DNA of 64,000 bases from Lysobacterales bacterium (GTDB lineage: Bacteria > Pseudomonadota > Gammaproteobacteria > Xanthomonadales > Xanthomonadaceae). Positions 1-8,931 of this stretch are shown here, piece by piece. The notes under the pieces are model-generated. The model did not search any database and was not told the DNA's origin. It worked only from the letters and a program-made list of their open reading frames with translations. The DNA lies in NCBI GenBank assembly GCA_038248955.1, contig JBBRWW010000001.1, positions 25 through 64,024 on the forward strand, in the 5' to 3' direction. A program made the translations under genes and the position numbers. Within the stretch, counting starts at the first letter, position 1, and each line of letters begins with the position of its first letter.

Positions 1-58
1 AGTAGGTCATCGGGGCCATCCATGCGCGGCCAAATTCGTGCATCTGGTAGAGCAACAT
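1..58 (-). CDS. partial CDS, first 19 codons only; the gene continues beyond the window start. Weakly reminiscent of intracellular PHA depolymerase N-termini.
   Basis: The reverse strand from the ATG at 58-56 reads MLLYQMHEFGRAWMAPMTY with no stop before the window edge. Too short for a real assignment. Confidence 0.25.
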   Translation of the reverse strand, partial: MLLYQMHEFGRAWMAPMTY

Positions 59-217
59 CGTGTCCGTTTCCCCTGGTTGACCCTGACGGCCGACGGCGCG
101 TTGATCGCCTGGCGACGGCGCATGCCGAAAAAAATGCTGCGCTGCAGCGTAGCGGATCGCGGTGGGTGAAAGGTGAATCGCCATCACGGCCGCATCCGCC
201 GGGGGCAAGACGTTGAT

Positions 218-841
218 TCAGCTGGAAAGTTCGAGTGCCGCCAGGCCGTGGCGCAGGTCGGGCGCGAGCCACAGGTGCGACCCCAGCGGGGCGAGTCCGA
301 GATCCGCGAAGCGCTGACGGTAGAACGACGCCGGCCGGCGCTTGAAGCCGGCCGTGTCGCCATCGATGCCGTCCTCGCGGCAGAACGTTTCCAGGAACGC
401 CACGCCACCGCAGAGCTCGCCAATGCCGGCCAGGCCGCGTTCGAGTTCACGGCTTTCCAGGTAGTGCAGCACATCGCTGCAGACCAGCAGGTCGACCGGC
501 GCGCAGGGGCGCAGGAACTCGAAGTCGCCGAAGCGCGCGAGGTGCAGGTTGCGACGCGCGCCATGCCGGGTGATCGCGTACTGGCTGCTGTCGAAACCGA
601 GGTACCGCAGCTTCGGCCGCAGCTTCAGCAGCGGCGCGCGCCACGCGCCTTCGCCACAGCCGATGTCGAGCACGCTGCGGATCGGGCGTTCAAGATGGTA
701 TTCGGCGGTGGCGACGGCCAGCGCCACCTTGCGCGCGAGCCGCGCCGGGCCGCCGATCTGGCTGCCGCGCGCGGCCGGGCTGCGGTACCACTGTTCGAAG
801 TAGGCCTGGTCGTACTGCTTGGTGGTCGTGGATTTTCTCAT
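218..841 (-). CDS. class I SAM-dependent methyltransferase
   Basis: The ORF 218..886 contains the SAM-binding motif I VLDIGCGEG and a later DLLVCSDVLHYL. I prefer the internal start MRKSTTT at 841; the 886 start is also possible. Confidence 0.8.
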   Translation of the reverse strand: MRKSTTTKQYDQAYFEQWYRSPAARGSQIGGPARLARKVALAVATAEYHLERPIRSVLDIGCGEGAWRAPLLKLRPKLRYLGFDSSQYAITRHGARRNLHLARFGDFEFLRPCAPVDLLVCSDVLHYLESRELERGLAGIGELCGGVAFLETFCREDGIDGDTAGFKRRPASFYRQRFADLGLAPLGSHLWLAPDLRHGLAALELSS

Positions 842-928
842 GGCGCGAATGCTAACGCGGGCGCGGCCAATCACGCGATGCAGCATGGACTACGGATACG
901 GTCTCGCCTCCCTCACTGGAGTGCCGCC

Positions 929-1189
929 ATGACCGACGAACGCAATATCGCCCACGACAAGAAAGTAGCCGAGCAGAAACGCCAGCAAGGCAGCGGTGCC
1001 CACGACGCCGTGCAACCACAGCCAGGCAGGAAGCCGCCGCAGGTCGACGACGATACCCAGCCGTCGCAGACGCGCGCACGGGAGATGTACAAGGACGGCG
1101 ACGCGCCACTTGACCATTCGCATGAAAGCCTTGAAAACCCGGCCGAAGACGACCTGCGCGACAAGCCGTCCGACGCCGACAACGGCTGA
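929..1189 (+). CDS. small acidic hydrophilic hypothetical protein (86 aa)
   Basis: This is the tail of ORF 173..1189, taken from the ATG at 929 (MTDERNIAHDKKVAEQKRQQ...DDLRDKPSDADNG). About 77% of codons end in G/C, which is coding-like. It fills the gap between the methyltransferase and hemJ. No recognisable domain. Confidence 0.35.
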   Translation: MTDERNIAHDKKVAEQKRQQGSGAHDAVQPQPGRKPPQVDDDTQPSQTRAREMYKDGDAPLDHSHESLENPAEDDLRDKPSDADNG

Positions 1190-1270
1190 CGCCCACGGCA
1201 CGACGGCATCGGCGGGTGCGCCGCGCACCGGCGCATGGCATGCTCCCGGCCCTGACCTGAGGAGCATGCC

Positions 1271-1720
1271 GTGGCCTACCTGTGGATCAAAACCGCCCAC
1301 CTCGTCTTCGTGATCGCGTGGATGGCGGCGGTGTTCTACCTGCCGCGGATCCTGGTCAACCTGGCCGAAGCCGGTGACGTGCCTGCGGTGCGCACTCGAC
1401 TGGTGCTGATGGGGCGGCGGCTGTATGGCTTCGGGCACCTGATGTTCGGGTTCGCGGTCGCGTTGGGCCTGCTGCTGTGGATGGGAAATCGCCTGCTCGC
1501 GGGCTTTCCGTCGGTGGTCGCGCCCGGCAGTGGCTGGATGCACGCCAAGCTGGCCCTGGTGGCGCTGCTGTTCGCGTATTACATCGTCAGCGGGCGCTGG
1601 CTCAAGGGCGCCGACGCCGGGCGCGCCCTGCCGTCGTCGAAGCTCCTGCGCTGGTTCAATGAGATCCCGGTGCTGGTGCTGGTCGCGATCGTGTTCCTGG
1701 TGCTCGCCAAGCCATTCTGA
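1271..1720 (+). CDS. hemJ: protoporphyrinogen IX oxidase HemJ (CopD-like, UPF0093 family)
   Basis: 149-aa multi-pass membrane protein. The N-terminus LWIKTAHLVFVIAWMAAVFYLPRILV is typical of HemJ. GTG start with a GAGGAG Shine-Dalgarno 7 nt upstream. Confidence 0.8.
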   Translation: MAYLWIKTAHLVFVIAWMAAVFYLPRILVNLAEAGDVPAVRTRLVLMGRRLYGFGHLMFGFAVALGLLLWMGNRLLAGFPSVVAPGSGWMHAKLALVALLFAYYIVSGRWLKGADAGRALPSSKLLRWFNEIPVLVLVAIVFLVLAKPF

Positions 1721-1737
1721 TCGGCCCGGAGAAACGG

Positions 1738-2226
1738 TCACGCCCGCGAGTACTTCCACGAGACCATCCGCCCCTCGCGGTATGGCATCACGCCGTGGAA
1801 CGGGCGCGGGTCGGCGTCGAACACCAGTGGCAGGAACTGGCGGTCGCCTTCCCACATCGGCAGTTCGTGCAGGCGGTCGAGCGCCACCCATTCAAGAGTG
1901 CCCTCGGGATTGCTGGTGTACGGCGTGCCGCTGTAGGCGGTGATGACGAAGATGAAACCGAGCCAGTCCTCGCCGTGCTTGCCGAAGCCGGGCCAGCTGA
2001 CAGTGCCGCGCAACGACAGCTGCTCGCAGTCGATCCCGGCCTCCTCGTGGATCTCGCGGCGCATGCCGGCAACCACGTCCTCGTCGGCCTCGAGCTTGCC
2101 GCCCAGGCCGTTGTACTTGCCCAGGTGGGCGTCATCGGCGCGCGCATTGCGATGCACCAGCAGCGCCTCGCGGCCGTCGGGAGACAGCACGTATCCAAGC
2201 GTGGCAACGATCGGCGTATAGGGCAT
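1738..2226 (-). CDS. NUDIX hydrolase (MutT-like)
   Basis: Nudix box GGKLEADEDVVAGMRREIHEEAGI (GX5EX7REUXEEXGU). Confidence 0.9.
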   Translation of the reverse strand: MPYTPIVATLGYVLSPDGREALLVHRNARADDAHLGKYNGLGGKLEADEDVVAGMRREIHEEAGIDCEQLSLRGTVSWPGFGKHGEDWLGFIFVITAYSGTPYTSNPEGTLEWVALDRLHELPMWEGDRQFLPLVFDADPRPFHGVMPYREGRMVSWKYSRA

Positions 2227-2322
2227 CGGTCTGCGGCGCAGTGGGGCGGGACAGTGTAGCGACGGAGCCGATTGCAGATGGCGCTGGGCTTGCGCCAGTC
2301 GTCGTCGTGCCGGTGACGTGGG

Positions 2323-2775
2323 CTATCCGGCGCGGTCGCGCGCGCCAGATCCACTGGTCGCCGGTGGGTCCACCGTGCGCCGCGCCAGCCGCTCCCCAAG
2401 CAATGCCGCCGGGATCGGCAGCAGCAGGCCGGCCGCGATCAGTCCGGATGGGTGCGGCATGCGCGCGACCATCGCCACCACGCCGGACATCACCAACAGC
2501 GCGATCAGCATCGCCGCGCCTCGCGGGTGGCGGGCGATCCTCGCCGCGACGAACCCGCCGGCGAACGCGCCCAGGGTCCACGCCGCTGCCAGCATCGCCT
2601 TGGCGGCGAATGGCATCGTCGCGACGAACTGCGCGAACGCGGCCTCGTGTGCCGGATTCATCGGGTCGATCCCGGCGGGCGGCGGATACATCGCGTGGCC
2701 AAGCATCTCGATCGCCATGATCACCACGAACATCGCCACCACGCCGGCCAGCACCCCGAGGATCGTGCGCAGCAT
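2323..2775 (-). CDS. hypothetical integral membrane protein
   Basis: ORF 2323..2952, with my preferred start MLRTILGVLAGVVAMFVVIM at 2775 (AAGGGA upstream). About 4 hydrophobic helices. No recognised domain. Confidence 0.55.
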   Translation of the reverse strand: MLRTILGVLAGVVAMFVVIMAIEMLGHAMYPPPAGIDPMNPAHEAAFAQFVATMPFAAKAMLAAAWTLGAFAGGFVAARIARHPRGAAMLIALLVMSGVVAMVARMPHPSGLIAAGLLLPIPAALLGERLARRTVDPPATSGSGARDRAG

Positions 2776-2890
2776 GGGTCTTTTCCCTTGGTCGTCGACG
2801 CTCCAGCATCGCGTCGTCCCGACGGATCCACAACCGCCGCGCTCATGCCAACGCTGCGCATAATCGCCGCTACTGCCCCGGAGTCCGCCG

Positions 2891-3136
2891 ATGACCGCAC
2901 CCGCCCCCCGCCTGCCCGCCTTCGCCGGCAGCCTGCGCGACGCCTCCCACAACCGTCGCCCGGATGTGCATGCCTGTGCCGCGATGCTGACCGAGGGCGC
3001 GCGCGCCGCCGGCGCCGAGGTCAGCCTGATCGAACTGCGCGACTATCCGCTACCGGTCCATGACGGCGACATCGAGGTCGCCGGCATCGTGGCTGCCTCG
3101 CCCGGGGCGGCTGGCCCGGCAGGAGCCACGGCATGA
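2891..3136 (+). pseudogene. truncated N-terminal remnant of an NAD(P)H-dependent FMN reductase (81 codons)
   Basis: LPAFAGSLRDASHNRR...GAEVSLIELRDYPLPVHDGDIEVAG resembles the first ~70 aa of the roughly 185-aa SsuE/YieF-type FMN reductases. The rest of the fold is absent in all frames. Its stop overlaps the thioesterase ATG (ATGA). Confidence 0.5.
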
Positions 3137-3624
3137 GGGGCAAGCAGCGCGAGCTCACCCTGCGTTTCCTCGCCGAGCCGACCGACGTCAACTACGGCGG
3201 CAAGGTCCACGGCGGGGTGGTGATGAAGTGGATCGACCAGGCCGGCTACGCCGCGGCGGTCGGCTGGAGCGGCACCTACAGCGTCACCGTCGCGGTCGGC
3301 GGGATCCGCTTCGTCGCCCCGATCCGCATCAGCGACCTGGTCACGGTGCGCACCAAGCTGATCCACACCGGCACCAGCAGCATGCATTTTGCGGTCGATG
3401 TCGCGGCGGCCGACCCGATGGGCGGCGAATCGCGCATGTGCACGCATTGCGTGATCGTGTTCGTCGCGTTGGACGGGGTGGAGGGCAGGCCGTCGCAGGT
3501 CCCGACCTGGACGCCCACGACGGACGACGACCGCCGCCTGGCCGACTATGCGATCAAGGTCATGGAGCTGAGCAAGGGGATCGAGGAGACCATCGAACGT
3601 TTTGGCGCCACGTCCATCGGCTGA
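3133..3624 (+). CDS. acyl-CoA thioesterase (hotdog fold, YciA-like)
   Basis: ELTLRFLAEPTDVNYGGKVHGGVVMKWIDQAG is a typical hotdog thioesterase N-terminus. 163 aa. Confidence 0.85.
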   Translation: MRGKQRELTLRFLAEPTDVNYGGKVHGGVVMKWIDQAGYAAAVGWSGTYSVTVAVGGIRFVAPIRISDLVTVRTKLIHTGTSSMHFAVDVAAADPMGGESRMCTHCVIVFVALDGVEGRPSQVPTWTPTTDDDRRLADYAIKVMELSKGIEETIERFGATSIG

Positions 3625-3764
3625 ATCGTGACCTTGCGCCGGCATCGGACTGCCGTGGGCGACCGGGCGCGCTGTCGGAAATCAACGCGCCTCGCCAACG
3701 CAGAAGGCCGCCCGGAGGCGGCCTTCGTTCGTGTCGGCCGTGGGCCGGACGGCATCCCGGTGGA

Positions 3765-4445
3765 TCAGATCCCGTGCACCCGGCGCGCCTGGACGAACTT
3801 GTTGCTCCAGTAGCCGGTGTCGAGGCTGGAGACCATCACGTCCTTGCCAGTGCTCGGGGCATGCACGAAACGGCCTTCGCCCAGGTAAATGCCGACATGG
3901 TCGACCTGGCCGCGACGGCCGAAGAACACCAGGTCACCCTCGGTGAGATTGGCGCGATCGCTGATCAGGTCGCCGGTCTGGGCCATTTCCCGCGATACGC
4001 GCGGCAGTTCGATGCCCAGGGCATTGCGGAACACATAGCCGACCAGGCCACTGCAGTCGAAACCGTTGTCCGGCGAGGTGCCGCCCCAACGGTACGGCGT
4101 GCCGAGCAGGGCGAGTGCGCGCTGCAACACGGTCTTGACCCGGCCCTGTCCATCGTTGGGCTTGCCGGCATCGCCGCCGCGGGGCACCAGCAGTCGGTTG
4201 AAGTCCGTCGCCAGCAGCAGCGCCCGGTCGGACAGGGTCATCGACTCGGCCAGCAGGGTGCGGCTGGCGGGCGCCGGGGCATCGGCGGAATCGCCGGCCA
4301 TCGAGGAACTCGGCACCTGCTGCGCGACCGCGGGCAGGGCCGGGACGGACACCAGCAGGGCAAGCAGGATGCGGAAAGAGGCCCGCTTGAAGCGGGAGGC
4401 TGGGGCGGCTGCACGGCGGCCGTGGTGCGTTGAATTGATCGTCAC
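3765..4445 (-). CDS. NlpC/P60 (C40) family cell-wall peptidase, secreted
   Basis: Signal peptide present. Catalytic block TPYRWGGTSPDNGFDCSGLVGYVF...DHVGIYLGEGRFVHAP. Confidence 0.88.
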   Translation of the reverse strand: MTINSTHHGRRAAAPASRFKRASFRILLALLVSVPALPAVAQQVPSSSMAGDSADAPAPASRTLLAESMTLSDRALLLATDFNRLLVPRGGDAGKPNDGQGRVKTVLQRALALLGTPYRWGGTSPDNGFDCSGLVGYVFRNALGIELPRVSREMAQTGDLISDRANLTEGDLVFFGRRGQVDHVGIYLGEGRFVHAPSTGKDVMVSSLDTGYWSNKFVQARRVHGI

Positions 4446-4562
4446 TGGGTCATCACGAAGTCGTCACCGGGCGATCATGCCCTCCCCACGCTATCGGCAG
4501 GTTCAATTTCCGTTATAAAAATGTTAACAATGGACGGACCGCCGTCACAAACCCGTCACCTG

Positions 4563-5138
4563 TTATTTCAGGACGCGTTTGGCGCCCGAGTAGTGGTCGC
4601 GCCAATACGGGCCGTCCAGGCGGTCCAGGCGCACGGTCCCGCCGCTGCTGGGCGCGTGTACGAAGCGGCCTTCACCGACGTAGATGCCGACGTGGCTGAC
4701 ATCGCCGGCGCTGCCGAAGAACACCAGGTCGGCGGCGGTCAGGCGGGGCACCTCGATCGGTGGCCCCTGGAATCCGGCCAGTTCGCGTGAGCTGCGCGGC
4801 AGGCGCAATGCCAGCATGTCGCTGTAGACGTAGTTGACCAGGCCGCTGCAGTCGAAGCCGCCTTCGGGCGTATTGCCGCCGTACCGGTAAGGCGTTCCCA
4901 CCAGGCTGATCGCGCGCATCAGCACGGCATTGGCGGCAGCGGGGTCGCGCGGGGCCACGGCGGTCCAGGTGCGCGCGGGAACATCCGGATGGGAACCCCG
5001 CACGGTCTGGCGACCACCGCCACAGCCCGTCATCGCCAAGCACGCCAGCAGTGCCAGGAGGCCCGGCCGCGGCCAATGCCGCAGCGGGGCCGCTGGCGCG
5101 GGGGCAGGGTTGCCGGGATAATGCGCGGCCTTGTTCAT
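4563..5138 (-). CDS. NlpC/P60 (C40) family peptidase lipoprotein
   Basis: Lipobox LAMTGC. Catalytic block TPYRYGGNTPEGGFDCSGLVNYVY...SHVGIYVGEGRFVHAP. Confidence 0.88.
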   Translation of the reverse strand: MNKAAHYPGNPAPAPAAPLRHWPRPGLLALLACLAMTGCGGGRQTVRGSHPDVPARTWTAVAPRDPAAANAVLMRAISLVGTPYRYGGNTPEGGFDCSGLVNYVYSDMLALRLPRSSRELAGFQGPPIEVPRLTAADLVFFGSAGDVSHVGIYVGEGRFVHAPSSGGTVRLDRLDGPYWRDHYSGAKRVLK

Positions 5139-5252
5139 GGTCGAAGCTTGGCCGCTCCCGTCGCTGGCGGCAAGCCGCAGGCGACCTGCCGCCGATCAGC
5201 CCTCCTCCCAGCCCCTCCGCGGCCGCGCCGCAGACCCGTCGAGACCTTGTTA

Positions 5253-5747
5253 ATGAATATCGAAAAAGATCGCGTCGTCCTGTTCCACTACACCGTCAGC
5301 GAGCAGGCCGCGCATGCCGCGGGCGACGAGCCGCTGGAGACCTCCGAAGGCAGCGGTCCGCTGGCGATCATGATCGGCCACGGCAACATCATCCCGGGCC
5401 TGGAGAAGGCCATGGAAGGCCACGTCGCTGGCGACAAGTTCGAAGCCGATGTCGCCGCGGTGGATGCCTACGGCGTCCACCAGGAAGGCCTGACCCAACG
5501 CGTGCCCAAGAAGCACTTCAAGGACGCGCGCCTGCAGCCGGGCATGCAGGCCGTGCTGCCGACCAATTTCGGCCCGCGCGCGGTCACGATCCTCAAGGTC
5601 GGCATGAGCGTGGTGGATGTCGACCTCAACCACCCGATGGCCGGCAAGGACCTGCATTTCGCCGTTGAGATCGTCGAGGTTCGCGAGGCAAGTGCCGAAG
5701 AGCTCGCCCACGGCCATGTGCACGGCGAGGGCGGCCACCAGCACTGA
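5253..5747 (+). CDS. slyD: FKBP-type peptidyl-prolyl cis-trans isomerase SlyD
   Basis: From the internal ATG of ORF 4989..5747: MNIEKDRVVLFHYTV...NHPMAGKDLHFAVEIVEVREA, with a His-rich C-terminal tail HGHVHGEGGHQH. Confidence 0.85.
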   Translation: MNIEKDRVVLFHYTVSEQAAHAAGDEPLETSEGSGPLAIMIGHGNIIPGLEKAMEGHVAGDKFEADVAAVDAYGVHQEGLTQRVPKKHFKDARLQPGMQAVLPTNFGPRAVTILKVGMSVVDVDLNHPMAGKDLHFAVEIVEVREASAEELAHGHVHGEGGHQH

Positions 5748-5774
5748 CGGCGATTGCCACCCCGGCGCCAAAAG

Positions 5775-5800
5775 AAACGGCCCGCTTGCGCGGGCCGTTT
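5775..5800. terminator. bidirectional rho-independent terminator between convergent slyD and the M4 protease gene
   Basis: Perfect hairpin aaacggcccgc-ttgc-gcgggccgttt, flanked by A-run and T-run. Confidence 0.6.
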
Positions 5801-5825
5801 CAATGTTGCGCGATGAAACGCTGGA

Positions 5826-7433
5826 TCAGTTGACGCTGACCGCCGACCAGGTGGCAGCAACCGCGTTGTACTGGGCCGAGCCGGCGCCATACAGGGCCGT
5901 CGCCGCGCTCAACGTCGCGGCACGGGCGCCCGCGTAGTTGGTGCTGGAGGTCATGTAGGTCGTCACCGCCTTGTACCAGATGCGCTCGGCGGCGGATCGT
6001 CCGATGCCGGCCAGGGTCGACCCGTCGCAGGTGGGCGAGGTGTGGTCGACGCCATTGAACGTCTTCGCGCCGCTGCCTTCCGCCAGCAGGTAGAAGAAGT
6101 GGTTGGCCACGCCCGACGAGTAATGGACATCCAGTGAGCCGAGGGTGCTGGCATAGCAGTTCGGCGACCTGGTGTCCTTGATCGGGTTGTACATGTAGCG
6201 AAGCGCCGTCTGGTTCGGGCTGCCGGGCACGTTGGCGATATAGATTTCCTCGCCGATCAGGTAGTCGGGCACGTCGGAGGCGTTGGCGGCGTAGAACTCC
6301 ACCATCGCGCCCATGATGTCCGAGTTGGCTTCGTTGAGGCCGCCGGACTCGCCCGAATAGGTCAGGTTGGCCGTGCGGCTCATGACGCCGTGGCTCATCT
6401 CGTGGCCCGCCACGTCCAGGTCCACCAGCGGACTGTAGGTCACGCCGTCGCCGTCGCCGAAGGTCATGCAGAAGCAGGAGTCGGACCAGTAGGCATTGAC
6501 GTAGTTGCGGCCGTAGTGAACCTTGCTCAGCGCGCCCACGCCATTGTTGGCGATGCCGTTGCGGCCGTGGACGTTCTTGTAGTAGTCCCAGGTTTCGGCG
6601 ATGCCGAAATGGGCGTCGGCAGCGGCCGATGCGGCATCGGAATTGCTGTTGTTGCCCCAGGTGTTGTCGGCGTCGCTGAAGATGGTGCCGCTGCCACGGG
6701 TGGAGCCGGCCATGTCGGTGGTGTAACCGCCACCGCGGGTCTGGTCCTTCATCTGGAAACCGGTGCCGCAACTGGTGGTGTTGATCGCCACGTTGCCGGC
6801 GTAGAGGGTCCTGCCGGTGCCCGTGGCCGAGGTGGTCCCGGTGCAGATGCTACCGCCGCCGGGCTTTGCGGTATGGACCATGTCCCACTCGTCCAGGATC
6901 AGGCCGTTGCCGGCATCGACGATGTAGTGCATTTCGGTCGGCGTCTGGTCGGCCTTCATGCCCGACATGCGCACGTCGAACGCCAGCACCGGGCTCTTGC
7001 CACGCGCATAGATGACCTGGCTGGCCGACGGCACGCCTTCGAAGCCGGTGCCGAACGCGACGCCAGCCTCGACGATCGCCTGGTCCGCGGTCAGGTTGCC
7101 GTTGAGCGCCGGTCGCCCGGTGGTCTTGAGGGTCTGGCTGGCAGAAATGAACTTGCCGTTGTTGGAATGCACGACGACGTCGCCGCCGATCATCGGCAGG
7201 CCGCGATAGCTGCGGTCGAAGCGGACATGCTCGGTGCCGTCGGCATCCACGATGCTGTCACGGACGGTGAAGCCGTCTGCGGCCGCGCGCTTGAGAGCGC
7301 CGGGGTTGCTGTCGATCAGTCCCTTGGCTCGGGCGGCGGCCGGAGACTGGTCGGGCGGGGAAGCAAGGGCTGGAGCGGAAATGGCAAGTACGCTGACGAT
7401 GGCGGCGCCGAGCAGGCTGGATTTGATGCGCAT
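5826..7433 (-). CDS. secreted M4 (thermolysin-like) zinc metalloprotease precursor
   Basis: This is the C-terminal 535 codons of ORF 5826..9116, starting at MRIKSSLLGAAIVSVLAISAPALA (signal peptide). HExxH zinc site AGHEMSHG, and third zinc ligand in GGLNEANSDIMG. Confidence 0.9.
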   Translation of the reverse strand: MRIKSSLLGAAIVSVLAISAPALASPPDQSPAAARAKGLIDSNPGALKRAAADGFTVRDSIVDADGTEHVRFDRSYRGLPMIGGDVVVHSNNGKFISASQTLKTTGRPALNGNLTADQAIVEAGVAFGTGFEGVPSASQVIYARGKSPVLAFDVRMSGMKADQTPTEMHYIVDAGNGLILDEWDMVHTAKPGGGSICTGTTSATGTGRTLYAGNVAINTTSCGTGFQMKDQTRGGGYTTDMAGSTRGSGTIFSDADNTWGNNSNSDAASAAADAHFGIAETWDYYKNVHGRNGIANNGVGALSKVHYGRNYVNAYWSDSCFCMTFGDGDGVTYSPLVDLDVAGHEMSHGVMSRTANLTYSGESGGLNEANSDIMGAMVEFYAANASDVPDYLIGEEIYIANVPGSPNQTALRYMYNPIKDTRSPNCYASTLGSLDVHYSSGVANHFFYLLAEGSGAKTFNGVDHTSPTCDGSTLAGIGRSAAERIWYKAVTTYMTSSTNYAGARAATLSAATALYGAGSAQYNAVAATWSAVSVN

Positions 7434-7655
7434 TAAAGTGACGTCCCCTGGAATGGTGCGGAATCGCTGCGGCGCGTGCCGGAGCGGGTGGATTCGCGTT
7501 CGCACCCTGACGCCGGCATCCTGTCGTCGCACCGGAGCGCTCCCGTAGGAAACGTAATTCCCAATCGCGCGCCCCATCACGATTGAGTCGGCAGGGAGGG
7601 TGAAAGTGTGACGAGCTTTGCAAATTACCCTTCCTGTGGTCGGCCGTATGTTGCG

Positions 7656-8912
7656 ATGCAGCAAAAAAACGACGTGGTGATCATTGGTGCTGGAGTGATC
7701 GGGCTGGCCAGCGCCCTGGCGCTGCTGGATGCCGGCAGGGGCGTATGCGTGATCGACGCCGGCCGCATCGGCGGCGGCAGTTCGCACGGCAACTGCGGCA
7801 CGATCACGCCCAGCCATGCACCGCCGCTGGCCGCGCCGGGCATGATCGCCAAGGCGCTGCGCTGGATGCTGACCCCCGACGCGCCCCTGTACGTGCCGCC
7901 GAGCTTCGACCCGGCGTTGTGGGGCTGGCTGTTCCGCGTCGCTGGCCGCTGCAACACGCGCCACTGGCATGCCGGCGCGCGCGCCAAGGCGGCGCTGCTC
8001 AACGACTCGCGTACCCGACTGGCGCAGTGGGTGCGCGACTACGACCTGGCGTGCGAGTTCAGCGAATCCGGACACGATTATGTGTATCGCGACCCACGGG
8101 CATTCGCCCACGGCTGCGGCGAGATGGCGCTGTTGGCGGAACTGGGAGTGTCGGCCGAGGCGTTCGCCGCATCGGACTACGAGGCCGGGGAACCCGCAGT
8201 GAAGCCAGGCGTCGCCGGCGCGATCCGCTTCGCCGGTGACGCCGCGTTGCGGCCTGATCGGTACGTCGCCGAGCTCGCACGCGCGGTGCGCGAGCGCGGC
8301 GGCGTCATCATTGAACACTGCGCATTGCTGGCGCTTGAAGGCGATGCGTCCGGCGTCGCCCTGCAGACGGCGCAGGGACCGATGCAGGCGCGTGACGCGG
8401 TGCTCGCACTGGGTGCATGGTCGCCACGACTGGCCGATGCGGTCGGCGTGCCGGCATTGCGGCGCGCGATGCAGCCGGGCAAGGGTTACTCGATCACCTA
8501 CGCGCGGCCCGCGCTGGTGCCGAAGCGGCCGCTGGTGCTGCGCGAGCGCGCGGTCTGCGTGACCGCGTGGGACAGCGGGTTTCGCCTCGGCAGCACGATG
8601 GAATTCGCCGGGTTTGACGACCGCCTCAACCCCCGCCGGCTGGCGGCGCTTGAGCGCGGCGCGCGCGAGTACCTGCACCAGCCGGTCGGTCCGCAGTTGC
8701 GCGAACAGTGGTTTGGCTGGCGGCCGATGAGCAGCGACGACATCCCGATCATTGGCCCGGCGCCCGGCCATCGCCACCTGTGGCTGTCGACCGGGCACGG
8801 CATGATGGGCGTCGGCATGAGCAGCGGCAGTGGCCAACTGCTCGCCGACCTGGTCACCGGCCGGGCGCCGGCGGTCGACCCGACCCCCTACCGAATGGAG
8901 CGATTCAAGTGA
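7656..8912 (+). CDS. FAD-dependent oxidoreductase of the D-amino-acid dehydrogenase (DadA) family
   Basis: Dinucleotide-binding motif VVIIGAGVIGLASA. Matches E. coli DadA as I recall it along the full length (…GWRPMSSDDIPIIG…WLSTGHGMMG). Confidence 0.85.
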   Translation: MQQKNDVVIIGAGVIGLASALALLDAGRGVCVIDAGRIGGGSSHGNCGTITPSHAPPLAAPGMIAKALRWMLTPDAPLYVPPSFDPALWGWLFRVAGRCNTRHWHAGARAKAALLNDSRTRLAQWVRDYDLACEFSESGHDYVYRDPRAFAHGCGEMALLAELGVSAEAFAASDYEAGEPAVKPGVAGAIRFAGDAALRPDRYVAELARAVRERGGVIIEHCALLALEGDASGVALQTAQGPMQARDAVLALGAWSPRLADAVGVPALRRAMQPGKGYSITYARPALVPKRPLVLRERAVCVTAWDSGFRLGSTMEFAGFDDRLNPRRLAALERGAREYLHQPVGPQLREQWFGWRPMSSDDIPIIGPAPGHRHLWLSTGHGMMGVGMSSGSGQLLADLVTGRAPAVDPTPYRMERFK

Positions 8913-8931
8913 CCCGAATGAAGCCAGTGGC

